A DNA stretch of 47,736 bases from positions 1 through 47,736 of the forward strand of contig JBBILZ010000011.1 in NCBI GenBank assembly GCA_037444665.1. Direction: 5' to 3'. The position numbers and the translations under genes are program-made. This stretch comes from a candidate division WOR-3 bacterium (GTDB lineage: Bacteria; Hydrothermota; Tepidihabitantia; SM23-42; JAOAFX01). The notes under the pieces are model-generated. The model did not search any database and was not told the DNA's origin. It saw only the letters and a list, made by a program, of their open reading frames with translations. Positions 38,347-47,085 of the stretch are shown here, piece by piece. Numbering within the stretch: the first letter of the stretch is position 1; each line of letters opens with the position of its first letter.

Positions 38347-39054
38347 ATGATACTTGGACAACCATTGGTTGATATATTTAAGAACAGTATTGTGATGCTT
38401 ATTCTGTTAGTATGTTCTATTATTGCACTGGCATTAATAATAGAGCGGTTCTTATATTTTGTAAGGCATAGTTTTGATACGCGCACTGGATTTTTGCGTT
38501 TTAGCCAGGTGCTGAGAAGCCAGGGCGTAAATGGAGCCCTTGCCTATGCCAGTCAAAAAAAGAATCCATTGTTCGGGCTATTCACTGTTGCCCTACAGAA
38601 TCAGCATCTTGACGTAGAGAATCTGTATGATGTGCTATCAAGCTATATTATTGAAGAAAAACTCAAGTTTGACCGTTATCTTGGCGGTATGGGAACACTG
38701 GCAAATGCAGCAACCTTATTAGGACTTTTAGGCACGGTTACTGGATTGATAAGGGCATTCCACAATATTTCCATTACCGGGTCTGGCGGTCCTGCTGTAA
38801 TTTCAGCAGGTATTGCTGAAGCACTATTGACAACTGCATTTGGACTATTTATCGGTATTCCTACACTATTTTTCTATAATTATTATACAAAAAAGAGTAA
38901 TGAACTGGCAATGGCACTTGATGGTGCCGCTGATAAACTTATTGTGCTCTTAGATACATTAAAGAAAAAATCTGGAAGCGTGAATCCTGAACCAGCACCA
39001 GCACCAAAGCCTGCGCCACAACCACCTGCTGAAGATACAACCTGGAAGTTTTAA
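38347..39054 (+). CDS. MotA/TolQ/ExbB proton-channel protein
   Basis: ATLLGLLGTVTGLIRAF, GIAEALLTTAFGLFIGIP; Pro-rich tail; SD AAGGAGGT. Confidence 0.9.
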   Translation: MILGQPLVDIFKNSIVMLILLVCSIIALALIIERFLYFVRHSFDTRTGFLRFSQVLRSQGVNGALAYASQKKNPLFGLFTVALQNQHLDVENLYDVLSSYIIEEKLKFDRYLGGMGTLANAATLLGLLGTVTGLIRAFHNISITGSGGPAVISAGIAEALLTTAFGLFIGIPTLFFYNYYTKKSNELAMALDGAADKLIVLLDTLKKKSGSVNPEPAPAPKPAPQPPAEDTTWKF

Positions 39055-39076
39055 GATATAAAATGGACTTGATATT

Positions 39077-39490
39077 ATGAGGAAAAGAAAGCGATTAAAT
39101 TTCGGTGCAGAACCCCAGGGTTTGATTCTCAACTCTCTGGTGGATATTGCGCTTTCTTTGGTAATTGGATTTATTGTTGCGATACCACTGTTTTTTGAAT
39201 CCGGTATTTTTGTGAATGCGCCAGGTGTGGCTTCAGGTGCTGCTACTGAGGTAAGTGATATTAAAGTGAATATTCATTTATTGAGTGATGGTGGGATACT
39301 TTTAAATGAAGAACTGGTCAGTTATGAAAGGTTAGAAGAATTGCTTCCGCAACTTCTTGCGCGAAGTCTGGAAAAAAGGGTGATTATCTCTACTGATTCT
39401 GAGGTTACATACGAAAGGGTAATTCAGATTCTTGACCTGGCAAAACAGAAAGGTGCTGGAGAATTAGCCTTGTTAAGGAGTATAAGATGA
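39077..39490 (+). CDS. ExbD/TolR family protein 1 (transmembrane Asp present)
   Basis: NSLVDIALSLVIGFIV TM; VIISTDSEVTYERVIQILD..K.KGA. Confidence 0.85.
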   Translation: MRKRKRLNFGAEPQGLILNSLVDIALSLVIGFIVAIPLFFESGIFVNAPGVASGAATEVSDIKVNIHLLSDGGILLNEELVSYERLEELLPQLLARSLEKRVIISTDSEVTYERVIQILDLAKQKGAGELALLRSIR

Positions 39491-39879
39491 AGAGAATGGA
39501 TAATATTGATATTCTACCAATGGCAGCAGTGGCTTTGATGGTTGTTTTAATGATGATGATTCTTGCACCGATGACAATGACCCATACCAATACGCCAGTT
39601 GAGGTGCCCAGGGCGCACACGGCTGAGGCAAAGACCGAAGAGAATTTTACTGTTACTTATACTGCGGACCAGAGATTATTTATAAATGACCAGCCTGTAG
39701 CACCTGAAAATTTTGAGATTATTGTAAGGCAAGCTGTAGAACAGGACCCTTATCAATTGATTGTTATTCGGGCAGATAAAACTGTTTTGCACAAGGATGT
39801 GCTTGAAATCCTTGCCAAGATAAAGGCGGCAGGTGCAAAGCGCATTGCCTGTGCCACTAAAAAACCAAAGGGTGAATAA
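39487..39879 (+). CDS. ExbD/TolR family protein 2 (transmembrane Asp replaced by Ala)
   Basis: IDILPMAAVALMVVLMMMI TM; VEVPRA; VIRADKTV.HKDV..IL..IKAAGA. Confidence 0.85.
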   Translation: MKRMDNIDILPMAAVALMVVLMMMILAPMTMTHTNTPVEVPRAHTAEAKTEENFTVTYTADQRLFINDQPVAPENFEIIVRQAVEQDPYQLIVIRADKTVLHKDVLEILAKIKAAGAKRIACATKKPKGE

Positions 39880-40784
39880 TGTTAAAAGATAAAAGATTGG
39901 ATATTGGTATTGTTATTTCAATTATTATTCACATTGTATTGTTTTTGCTCTTTTCCCGTCCGAGCTCAGCATCTACAGGTAATTATGAAGATATAAAAGA
40001 AGTGACATTCCTTGACCAATCTTATCGTCCTGAAGTGGCAAAGGTGGTATCAAAAGGTTCAATCTGGGCAGAGGTGAGTGAGACTCCAGCACCTGCTTCT
40101 GGTACTTATGGCGGAAGTGATATTGTAACACCAGCAATAGATTTGAATGTAAAACTTGACCGCAGCCAGGCAAAGATTGACCTTGAACGGTATGCACCAC
40201 AAGAAGGAACAGGCGAAGTCATAAAGATTGGTAGTTCAAAAAATGGCACAATGAAATCCACTGAAGAGATTCTTGCAGAGAAACCAATTTCACTGGCAAA
40301 GAATTTACCCAGAGGTGCAGGTACAGAGGGAGGAACTGGAATTGGTGTTTATGGTGGAATTGGTAAACAGGCAACCGCACCAACAATAAAGATTGATAAA
40401 AAACCACCGCCCACTACCCCCACATCTCAGATTGGGAAACAGGTAGAGACAAAGATTGAAGAAAAATTGAAGGTTGAAACTAAAGGAACAGCCATCTCAC
40501 TTGCTGGTCCAATTGCTGACCGTGAGATATTACGAAAATTATTACCCCAGTATCCTGCCTGGTGCTTGCAGAGAGGCATATCTGGTGTAGTGAAGATAAG
40601 GGTTGAGGTCAATCCTGAAGGAAGTGTGCGTGAAAATATCAGGATTGAGATCTCTTCAGGCTATCCAGACCTTGACCAAAGTGTGGTGAATGCAGTAAAG
40701 GCGTGGTTATTTGCACCCCTGCCGTCAAGTGTCAAACAGGAAATCCAATGGGGTATTATTACATTTAAATTTGTATGTGGATAA
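39879..40784 (+). CDS. TonB family energy transducer
   Basis: TM ISIIIHIVLF (S..H motif); Pro/Gly/Thr-rich linker; TonB_C PQYP....RGISGVVKIRVEVNPEGSV...SSGYPDLDQSVVNAVKAW.F.P. Confidence 0.88.
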   Translation: MLKDKRLDIGIVISIIIHIVLFLLFSRPSSASTGNYEDIKEVTFLDQSYRPEVAKVVSKGSIWAEVSETPAPASGTYGGSDIVTPAIDLNVKLDRSQAKIDLERYAPQEGTGEVIKIGSSKNGTMKSTEEILAEKPISLAKNLPRGAGTEGGTGIGVYGGIGKQATAPTIKIDKKPPPTTPTSQIGKQVETKIEEKLKVETKGTAISLAGPIADREILRKLLPQYPAWCLQRGISGVVKIRVEVNPEGSVRENIRIEISSGYPDLDQSVVNAVKAWLFAPLPSSVKQEIQWGIITFKFVCG

Positions 40785-40823
40785 TTCTAAATTATAATCT
40801 TTTGTGGTATCAGGGAGGATAGA

Positions 40824-41681
40824 GTGGAATTCCTTTTACTGATTTTTTTATTATCACAGGAAGCAAAAAAATCTGAACACGAAATTGGTGAAGAAGTTAT
40901 TAAAGGTGAATTAAAGTTTAAGATTACTGACCCAAAGATATATTTACAGGTTGAGCTTAATCCATTTGCGCCGCTTGATTCAATAATCTCAAAAGAACGG
41001 TATATTTTTGATGAAAAATTATATGGCACAATTGATGCTTTAAATACACCCATTCTCTATCTCCATAGTGAATATTTAAGGGTTCCGCTTGTGGCAAGAT
41101 TTATGTATGGAAGTATTGCCCTTTTCATACCTAAGTTTGAAAAAACAGTCTCATCCTGGGAACTTGTCATAATTGATGCAAACGGTGATGTGGTAAGACG
41201 TTATGCCCAGCGGGGAATGCCACCTCCTGCATTATACTGGGATGGCAGGACCGATAATGGTGAGATGTGTAATATGGGCGAGGTCTATAACTATGTTTTT
41301 ACTGCATTTGATGCCATTGGTAATCCAACGCGTATTACAGGACGGGCTTATAAATTTAATGGTATTGTGTATGATGAAAAGGGAACAACAATTATTGCGG
41401 TTGCATCAAAGGTTCTGTTCAATGAAAACTCATATAGTTTCCATAGTGAATCTGGACCCTATATTGAAGAGATTGCCAATCTTGTCAAAGAAAAGTTCAA
41501 AAAAGAGGTTGTGGTCTATTCTTATTCAGAATCTGAAGCACTGGCTCGTTCCCGGGGCGAGGCAATACTCAATGAGATTACAAAACGGACAGTATTGCCT
41601 GATAAAGGGGTAAGCACAGCGCCAAGATTTATTCCTGGATTATTACCCAAATATTCAAAGATTGAGATTGTAATCCAATAA
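40824..41681 (+). CDS. Exported protein with FlgD-like domain and degenerate OmpA_C-like C-terminus
   Basis: SD GGAGG plus GTG start; WELVIIDANGDVVR...WDGRTDNG...YNYVFTAFDAIGN; C-terminus VLFNENS...LARSRGEAI...KIEIVI. Confidence 0.6.
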   Translation: MEFLLLIFLLSQEAKKSEHEIGEEVIKGELKFKITDPKIYLQVELNPFAPLDSIISKERYIFDEKLYGTIDALNTPILYLHSEYLRVPLVARFMYGSIALFIPKFEKTVSSWELVIIDANGDVVRRYAQRGMPPPALYWDGRTDNGEMCNMGEVYNYVFTAFDAIGNPTRITGRAYKFNGIVYDEKGTTIIAVASKVLFNENSYSFHSESGPYIEEIANLVKEKFKKEVVVYSYSESEALARSRGEAILNEITKRTVLPDKGVSTAPRFIPGLLPKYSKIEIVIQ

Positions 41682-41732
41682 TTAGATATAATTTTACTCT
41701 TTTCTCTTAACCAATTTTAATATTGTAAAATA

Positions 41733-41760
41733 ATAAGGGGGCGTGTTTGCGCCCCCTTAT
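41733..41760. terminator. Bidirectional terminator hairpin
   Basis: ATAAGGGGGCG / CGCCCCCTTAT between convergent genes. Confidence 0.8.
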
Positions 41761-41780
41761 ATCTTTATAATCTATGCATT

Positions 41781-43130
41781 TTATGGCACTCGCACATTTC
41801 CGCTCGGGCAATCATAAAAAGTATTGTTGTTAAGCAGGTCATTGGGATTGGGATAGACTGTGCCATTTAAATATATTCCCCAATTACCACTATGACCAAG
41901 TGAATCACCCGTGATTGTTGGAAGTGCGTCTTCAATATAGATGAGTCCGGGCCAGATTGATGAACCACCACCATATTCAATGGTGCAATTTATCAATTGG
42001 CAGGATGCATCTATTGACAGATTATAAAAACCGATATTATACCAATCTCCTGGACTCGGTGAGGCAACATTGCTTGTAAATCTTATTCTTCCACTGGTTC
42101 CGTCAGCAATCAGACCACCTGAACCATTATAACCTGCATAGAGCTCAACATCAGGTTGGAATTTTATAATATTGCCTGGTGCAATGGTGATGACCGGATT
42201 CGTGGCATTATCTTCAATTGCGACATCATAAACAATAACATAAGGAACACCAGGATTAACCCAGGTACCGCTGGTGTGAACAGTGCCACCCGTAACCTCA
42301 ACGGCATCAATTGTATTACCAGTTAGTGTATTACCACTTCCAATTGTGCGCACATATTCGCAGTTGATATGCAATGGATACTGGGCACAACTGGTAATTG
42401 TATTATTGGTGAAGGTATTAAAACCAGCATCACTTGCAAGATACACACCATAATTACCGCTGTGTCTGAATGTGCAATTGGAAATCTTGACGAATGTGAT
42501 TCCTTCGGCATGAAGTTCTCCGGCCCAGCTTGATGAACCACCACCATATTCAAATATACAATAACTGAAACTTGAAGTATTCATTGCATTGTCATATAAT
42601 CCTACATTATACCAGTCTCCAGGAGATGGGCTTGCAACATTGGAAGTAAAGAGAATAGTAGAATCAGCAGTGCCATTGGCAATGATTGCACCAGCAGTGC
42701 TGGAATATCCAGCATGTAATTCAGTGCCTTGATTAAACTTGACAATACAACCTGGTTTTATGGTCAATGTTGCATTATTCTCTACCCACACATCACTTTC
42801 AATAATATGTGGATTGGCACTTGGATACCAGGTTTCATCTGCAGTTATTGCCCCACTGTGAGTGGTAGGACCGGTTGTGACAGTAAGTGTGGCAGTTCCG
42901 CTTACATCGCCGGTCGTTGCCGTGATTGTGCAGGTACCGCCACTGACACCGGTTGCCAGACCACTTGCATTCACTGTTGCAACAGTGGTATCTGATGAAG
43001 TCCAGGTAAAATCAACATCTGTAACTTCATTATTGTCCGCATCATAAGCAGTGGCAGTAAATTGCTGGGTTGAGCCAATAGAAATAGAAGCAGTACCTGG
43101 TGTGACCGTGACCGTTGCTACTTCGGTTGA
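41781..43130 (-). pseudogene. 5'-truncated surface protein: Big_2 Ig-like domain plus duplicated right-handed beta-helix modules, with no start codon or signal peptide at the domain start
   Basis: The frame is open 52 codons upstream of GTG 42974 (STEVATVTVTPGTASISIGSTQQFTATAYDAD...WTSSDTTVATV) up to TAA at 43131-43133. FTSNVASPSPGDWYN...EYGGGSS occurs twice. Confidence 0.65.
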
Positions 43131-43157
43131 TTATATATATTTTTTCACAAAAGTCAA
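43130..43157 (-). promoter_or_regulatory. sigma70-type promoter TTGACT-N16-TATAAT abutting the headless Big_2 gene
   Basis: The -10 box itself contains the in-frame TAA that bounds the ORF. Confidence 0.65.
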
Positions 43158-43245
43158 GGATTTTTTATTCGCCCTTTAGTCTTTTGTAGCCTTCTTGAGC
43201 CTTTTTAAATTGGTAAGGATCTGTGTTAACGTTTGCTAATATCCC

Positions 43246-43273
43246 TTGACTTCCTGAAAAAAATGCATATAAT
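43246..43273 (+). promoter_or_regulatory. sigma70-type promoter TTGACT-N16-TATAAT for the por operon
   Basis: Consensus boxes. Confidence 0.7.
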
Positions 43274-43384
43274 AGAAATATAACTATCTATTAAGAGAAA
43301 TACACTAACGGCAAGATTAAATTTAAAATCACCCCATAATCTTAGGATAAAAAGGGGCAATATTTTATAAAAAAGGAGTGAATA

Positions 43385-43957
43385 ATGGCATTACTTGAAA
43401 TCAGATGGCACGGCAGAGGAGGCCAGGGTGCAAAGACTGCGGCGCTCCTGTTTGCTGATGCTGCTGTTGAAACAGGTAAGTATATTCAGGCATTTCCTGA
43501 GTATGGTCCAGAAAGGATGGGTGCACCAGTATTTGCTTTTAATAGATTATCAGATAAACCTATCCTACAACATTGTGGGATCAAGAGTCCGAATATTGTA
43601 GTGGTTCTTGACCCTACATTGATGGAGACCATAGATGTTACTGAAGGGCTTGCTGATGATGGGATTATTTTAGTAAATACCCAGAAGACAGCCCAGGAAA
43701 TAAAAGAACAATTAAAAATAAAAAAACAGAAGGTCTATGTCGTGGATGCAAGCAAGATTGCAAAAGAGATTTTGAAACGCGATATTCCTAATACTCCAAT
43801 GCTTGGTGCATTGATAAAGGTGTCCAAACTCTTAGAGTTTGAACCGATGTTAGAATCAGTAAAAAAGCGTCTTGCACATAAGTTTCCCAATCGGCCTGAT
43901 GTAGTTGAAGGAAATATCAAAGCAATTATTCGTGCATATGAGGAGGTAAAAGAATGA
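43385..43957 (+). CDS. porC: Pyruvate/2-oxoacid:ferredoxin oxidoreductase gamma subunit
   Basis: EIRWHGRGGQGAKTA, QAFPEYGPERMGAPV, PNTPMLGA. Confidence 0.9.
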   Translation: MALLEIRWHGRGGQGAKTAALLFADAAVETGKYIQAFPEYGPERMGAPVFAFNRLSDKPILQHCGIKSPNIVVVLDPTLMETIDVTEGLADDGIILVNTQKTAQEIKEQLKIKKQKVYVVDASKIAKEILKRDIPNTPMLGALIKVSKLLEFEPMLESVKKRLAHKFPNRPDVVEGNIKAIIRAYEEVKE

Positions 43958-44244
43958 AAAAAGAGAAAAAAGGCTGGAAAGAGATTCCAATAGGATTAGT
44001 TCTGGATTCTGGCACCAGCAAAGAATTTGAGACTGGTGATTGGCGTAGTGATAAACCAATCTGGGATGAAAAAAAGTGCACGCATTGTCTTATCTGCTGG
44101 ATATACTGTCCTGATTCTGCAATCATTATTAAAGACGGTAAGGTTCAGGGAATAGACTATAAATACTGTAAAGGCTGTGGCATCTGCGCTGAGGAGTGTC
44201 CACCAAAGATAAAGGCAATCACAATGGTCAGGGAGGAAAAATGA
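43954..44244 (+). CDS. porD: Pyruvate/2-oxoacid:ferredoxin oxidoreductase delta subunit (2x[4Fe-4S])
   Basis: TGDWR, CTHCLICWIYCPD, YCKGCGICAEECP. Confidence 0.9.
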   Translation: MKKEKKGWKEIPIGLVLDSGTSKEFETGDWRSDKPIWDEKKCTHCLICWIYCPDSAIIIKDGKVQGIDYKYCKGCGICAEECPPKIKAITMVREEK

Positions 44245-45413
44245 TAGTTGCCCGCACTGGTAATGAAGCAATGGCAGAAGCGATGAGGCAGATAAATCCT
44301 GATGTGGTTGCGGCATATCCAATTACTCCGGCAACCGAGGTTGTTCAATTATTCGCCTCATTTGTTGCAGATGGCCTTGTGACCACTGAATTTGTGCCAG
44401 CCGAGAGTGAGCATTCAGCACTCAGTGCCTGTGTTGGTGCATCAGCCGCAGGTGCAAGGGTGATGACCTCAACATCTTCCCAGGGGCTTGCCTTAATGCA
44501 TGAAATCCTTTTTATTGCTGCCGGTATGCGTTTACCAATCGTTATCTGTTTGGTCAATCGTGCCCTATCAAGCCCCATCAATATCCATTGTGACCATTCA
44601 GATTCACTGGCTTCCCGTGATTCAGGCTGGCTACAGATATTTACTGAAAATACCCAGGAAGCATATGATACAACAATTATGGCAGTGAAGATGGCAGAGG
44701 AGATTATGTTGCCGGCAATGGTAACGACCGATGGATTTATTATCAGCCATGGTATGGAAAGGATTGAACTTATTGACGATGAGAAGGTGCCCAAATGGCT
44801 GGGCGAAAGAAAGGTGGTAAATAACCTGCTTGATATTGATAAACCCATAACACTGGGTTCACTTGATTTGCAGGACTATTATTTTGAGCATAAGCGTCAG
44901 GAGATTGAGGCGATGAACAATTGCCTGCCAATAATTGAAAAAGTGCAAAAAGATTTTGGTGATACATTTGGCAGGTATTATCCGATAGTTGATGAATATA
45001 AAGTGGATGATGCAGAAGTAGCAATCCTTGCCATGGGTTCTACTGGTGGAACTGCAAAGGTGGCAGTGGAAAGGATGCGTGAGCAGGGTAAAAAAGTTGG
45101 TTTGATTCGCTGCCGAATCTATCGTCCATTTCCCAAGCAAGCAATGCTCAGGGCAATAACAAAAGTAAAGGCACTCGGTATTATGGACCGCGCTGATACA
45201 TTCTCTACAATGGGTGGCCATCTATATAATGACTGCCGTTCTATTCTTTATGATGCAGATAAAAAACCATTACTCAAAAACTATATCTATGGGCTTGGTG
45301 GACGGGATATCAGCATTGAAGAGATTGAAACAGTCTTTGAACAACTACTCAAGATTAAGAATACGGGTAAGGTTGATAAAGATATTGTATATTATGGAGT
45401 AAGGGGGGAATAA
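44241..45413 (+). CDS. porA: Pyruvate/2-oxoacid:ferredoxin oxidoreductase alpha subunit
   Basis: GNEAMA, AYPITP, ESEHSA, TSSQGL, YGLGGRD; ATG 44241 follows SD GGGAGG. Confidence 0.92.
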   Translation: MIVARTGNEAMAEAMRQINPDVVAAYPITPATEVVQLFASFVADGLVTTEFVPAESEHSALSACVGASAAGARVMTSTSSQGLALMHEILFIAAGMRLPIVICLVNRALSSPINIHCDHSDSLASRDSGWLQIFTENTQEAYDTTIMAVKMAEEIMLPAMVTTDGFIISHGMERIELIDDEKVPKWLGERKVVNNLLDIDKPITLGSLDLQDYYFEHKRQEIEAMNNCLPIIEKVQKDFGDTFGRYYPIVDEYKVDDAEVAILAMGSTGGTAKVAVERMREQGKKVGLIRCRIYRPFPKQAMLRAITKVKALGIMDRADTFSTMGGHLYNDCRSILYDADKKPLLKNYIYGLGGRDISIEEIETVFEQLLKIKNTGKVDKDIVYYGVRGE

Positions 45414-46333
45414 TGGCATCACTAAAAGAACTTGCAAAACAAGGAGAGAAGTTTCTCGGTGGGCATCGCGCCTGTGCAGGTTGTGGAGCAACGATTATAG
45501 CGAGGCAGGTCTTACTTGCGGCACAGTATCAAGTAGTGGTTGGTGCTGCTACAGGCTGTCTTGAGGTCATTTCTACAATCTACCCATATTCAGCCTGGAA
45601 TGTGCCTTATATCCACAATGCATTTGAGAATGTTGCAGCAACAATGTCCGGGGTTGAGGCGGCTTATAATGCATTAAAAAAGAAGGGCAAAATTACAAAA
45701 GACCTTCGTTTTATTGCCTTTGGCGGCGACGGTGGTACTTATGATATTGGTTTACAGTCATTATCTGGAATGATTGAGAGAAGGCATCGTGTTTTATATG
45801 TATGTTACAATAATGAAGCATATATGAATACTGGAATCCAGCGCTCATCAGCAACGCCATATGGTGCACATACAACAACATCTCCTGCTGGAACAAAAAT
45901 TCCTGGTAAATTACAACCACGAAAGAACCTTACCGAGATTATCATTGCCCATGAACCAGCATATGCAGCACAGGCAACGATCGGTTACTGGAATGACCTG
46001 GTCACTAAAGTGCGCAAGGCACTGGATGCAAATGGTTCTTCTTTTATCAATGTCTTGTCACCATGCCGTCTGGGCTGGGCATATGCACCAGAAAAGACTG
46101 CAGAAATAACCCGTCTTGCTGTTGAAACCTGTGTCTGGCCCCTTTATGAGTATGAGAATGGAAAATATCGGATAACAGTAAAACCAAAAGAGAAGAAGCC
46201 AATTGTTGAATTTTTAAAGATGCAGGGTAGATTTGCCCATCTGTTAAAATTAAAGGACGATACACCAATAAAAGAATTTCAGGCAGAAGTTGATAGAATA
46301 TGGGAGAGACTCTTAAAGAGGTCTGCTGAATAA
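45413..46333 (+). CDS. porB: Pyruvate/2-oxoacid:ferredoxin oxidoreductase beta subunit (TPP-binding)
   Basis: GHRACAGCG, TGCLEV, GGDGGTYDIG, NEAYMNTGIQRS. Confidence 0.92.
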   Translation: MASLKELAKQGEKFLGGHRACAGCGATIIARQVLLAAQYQVVVGAATGCLEVISTIYPYSAWNVPYIHNAFENVAATMSGVEAAYNALKKKGKITKDLRFIAFGGDGGTYDIGLQSLSGMIERRHRVLYVCYNNEAYMNTGIQRSSATPYGAHTTTSPAGTKIPGKLQPRKNLTEIIIAHEPAYAAQATIGYWNDLVTKVRKALDANGSSFINVLSPCRLGWAYAPEKTAEITRLAVETCVWPLYEYENGKYRITVKPKEKKPIVEFLKMQGRFAHLLKLKDDTPIKEFQAEVDRIWERLLKRSAE

Positions 46334-46338
46334 ATCTT

Positions 46339-46393
46339 TGGGGCAGGCTATTTATATGGACCACACTCAGGAAAATATGAATTGCCTGCCCCA
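46339..46393. repeat. 10-bp inverted repeat with 35-nt spacer
   Basis: TGGGGCAGGC ... GCCTGCCCCA between porB and the HAD gene. Confidence 0.6.
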
Positions 46394-46404
46394 TTTATTT
46401 TGAT

Positions 46405-47025
46405 ATGCTGAAAATAGTCCTTTTTGACCTTGATGGCACGCTTTATAAAAGTGCAGAGATTTATCAAAAATTTGCTGAGGCAGCATACCATACCTATGCT
46501 CGGATAAAGCATACTACAATTGAGAAAGCAAAGGAAATTCTTGAAACAAAAAGGGATGAAATGAAAAGAGAGAGAGGTTATGCTGTGCCATATACTCTGG
46601 CACTACTCGCTTTTAACATTCCGATAGAAAAGTGGCATAAGGAGAATATAAAATTCTTTGATGCAGGGGTCTACCTCAGTGAAGATAAAAAATTGCAAAA
46701 CTTTTTAAAAGAGTTAAAAAATAGATATAAACTTGGCGTATTAACGAACAATAATAAGATTCAGACCGAGCGGATTTTAAAGAAACTCAAGATAGAAAAA
46801 TTTTTTGATTATAAATTTACCTATGAAAGTTTTAAATTAATTAAACCTGACCCTGAAATCTTTAAGAAGGTTATCAATAAAATCGGTGTGAAACCAGATG
46901 AATGTCTTATGGTAGGCGACCGTTATGATGTGGATTTGGTGCCGGCAAAAGAGGTTGGGATGCAGATATTTGAAGTCAAAGGTCCGGAAGATATAGAAAA
47001 CTTGAAGAACTTCCTTGACTTTTAA
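46405..47025 (+). CDS. HAD-superfamily hydrolase
   Basis: FDLDGTL, LTNN, KPDPEIF, MVGDRYDVD. Confidence 0.9.
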   Translation: MLKIVLFDLDGTLYKSAEIYQKFAEAAYHTYARIKHTTIEKAKEILETKRDEMKRERGYAVPYTLALLAFNIPIEKWHKENIKFFDAGVYLSEDKKLQNFLKELKNRYKLGVLTNNNKIQTERILKKLKIEKFFDYKFTYESFKLIKPDPEIFKKVINKIGVKPDECLMVGDRYDVDLVPAKEVGMQIFEVKGPEDIENLKNFLDF

Positions 47026-47042
47026 TGCACTGCCATTATAAT
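47015..47042 (+). promoter_or_regulatory. sigma70-type promoter TTGACT-N16-TATAAT
   Basis: Consensus boxes overlapping the HAD stop codon. Confidence 0.7.
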
Positions 47043-47085
47043 ATTTTATGCGACTGAAGTCGCTAAAAAGAGATCAGGAGGTATT

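Noticed and set aside
42000..42700. Duplicated FTSNVASPSPGDWYN segments considered as a DGR template/variable repeat pair
   Set aside because: Both copies are in-frame parts of one protein with largely synonymous differences that are not adenine-specific, and no reverse transcriptase is nearby.
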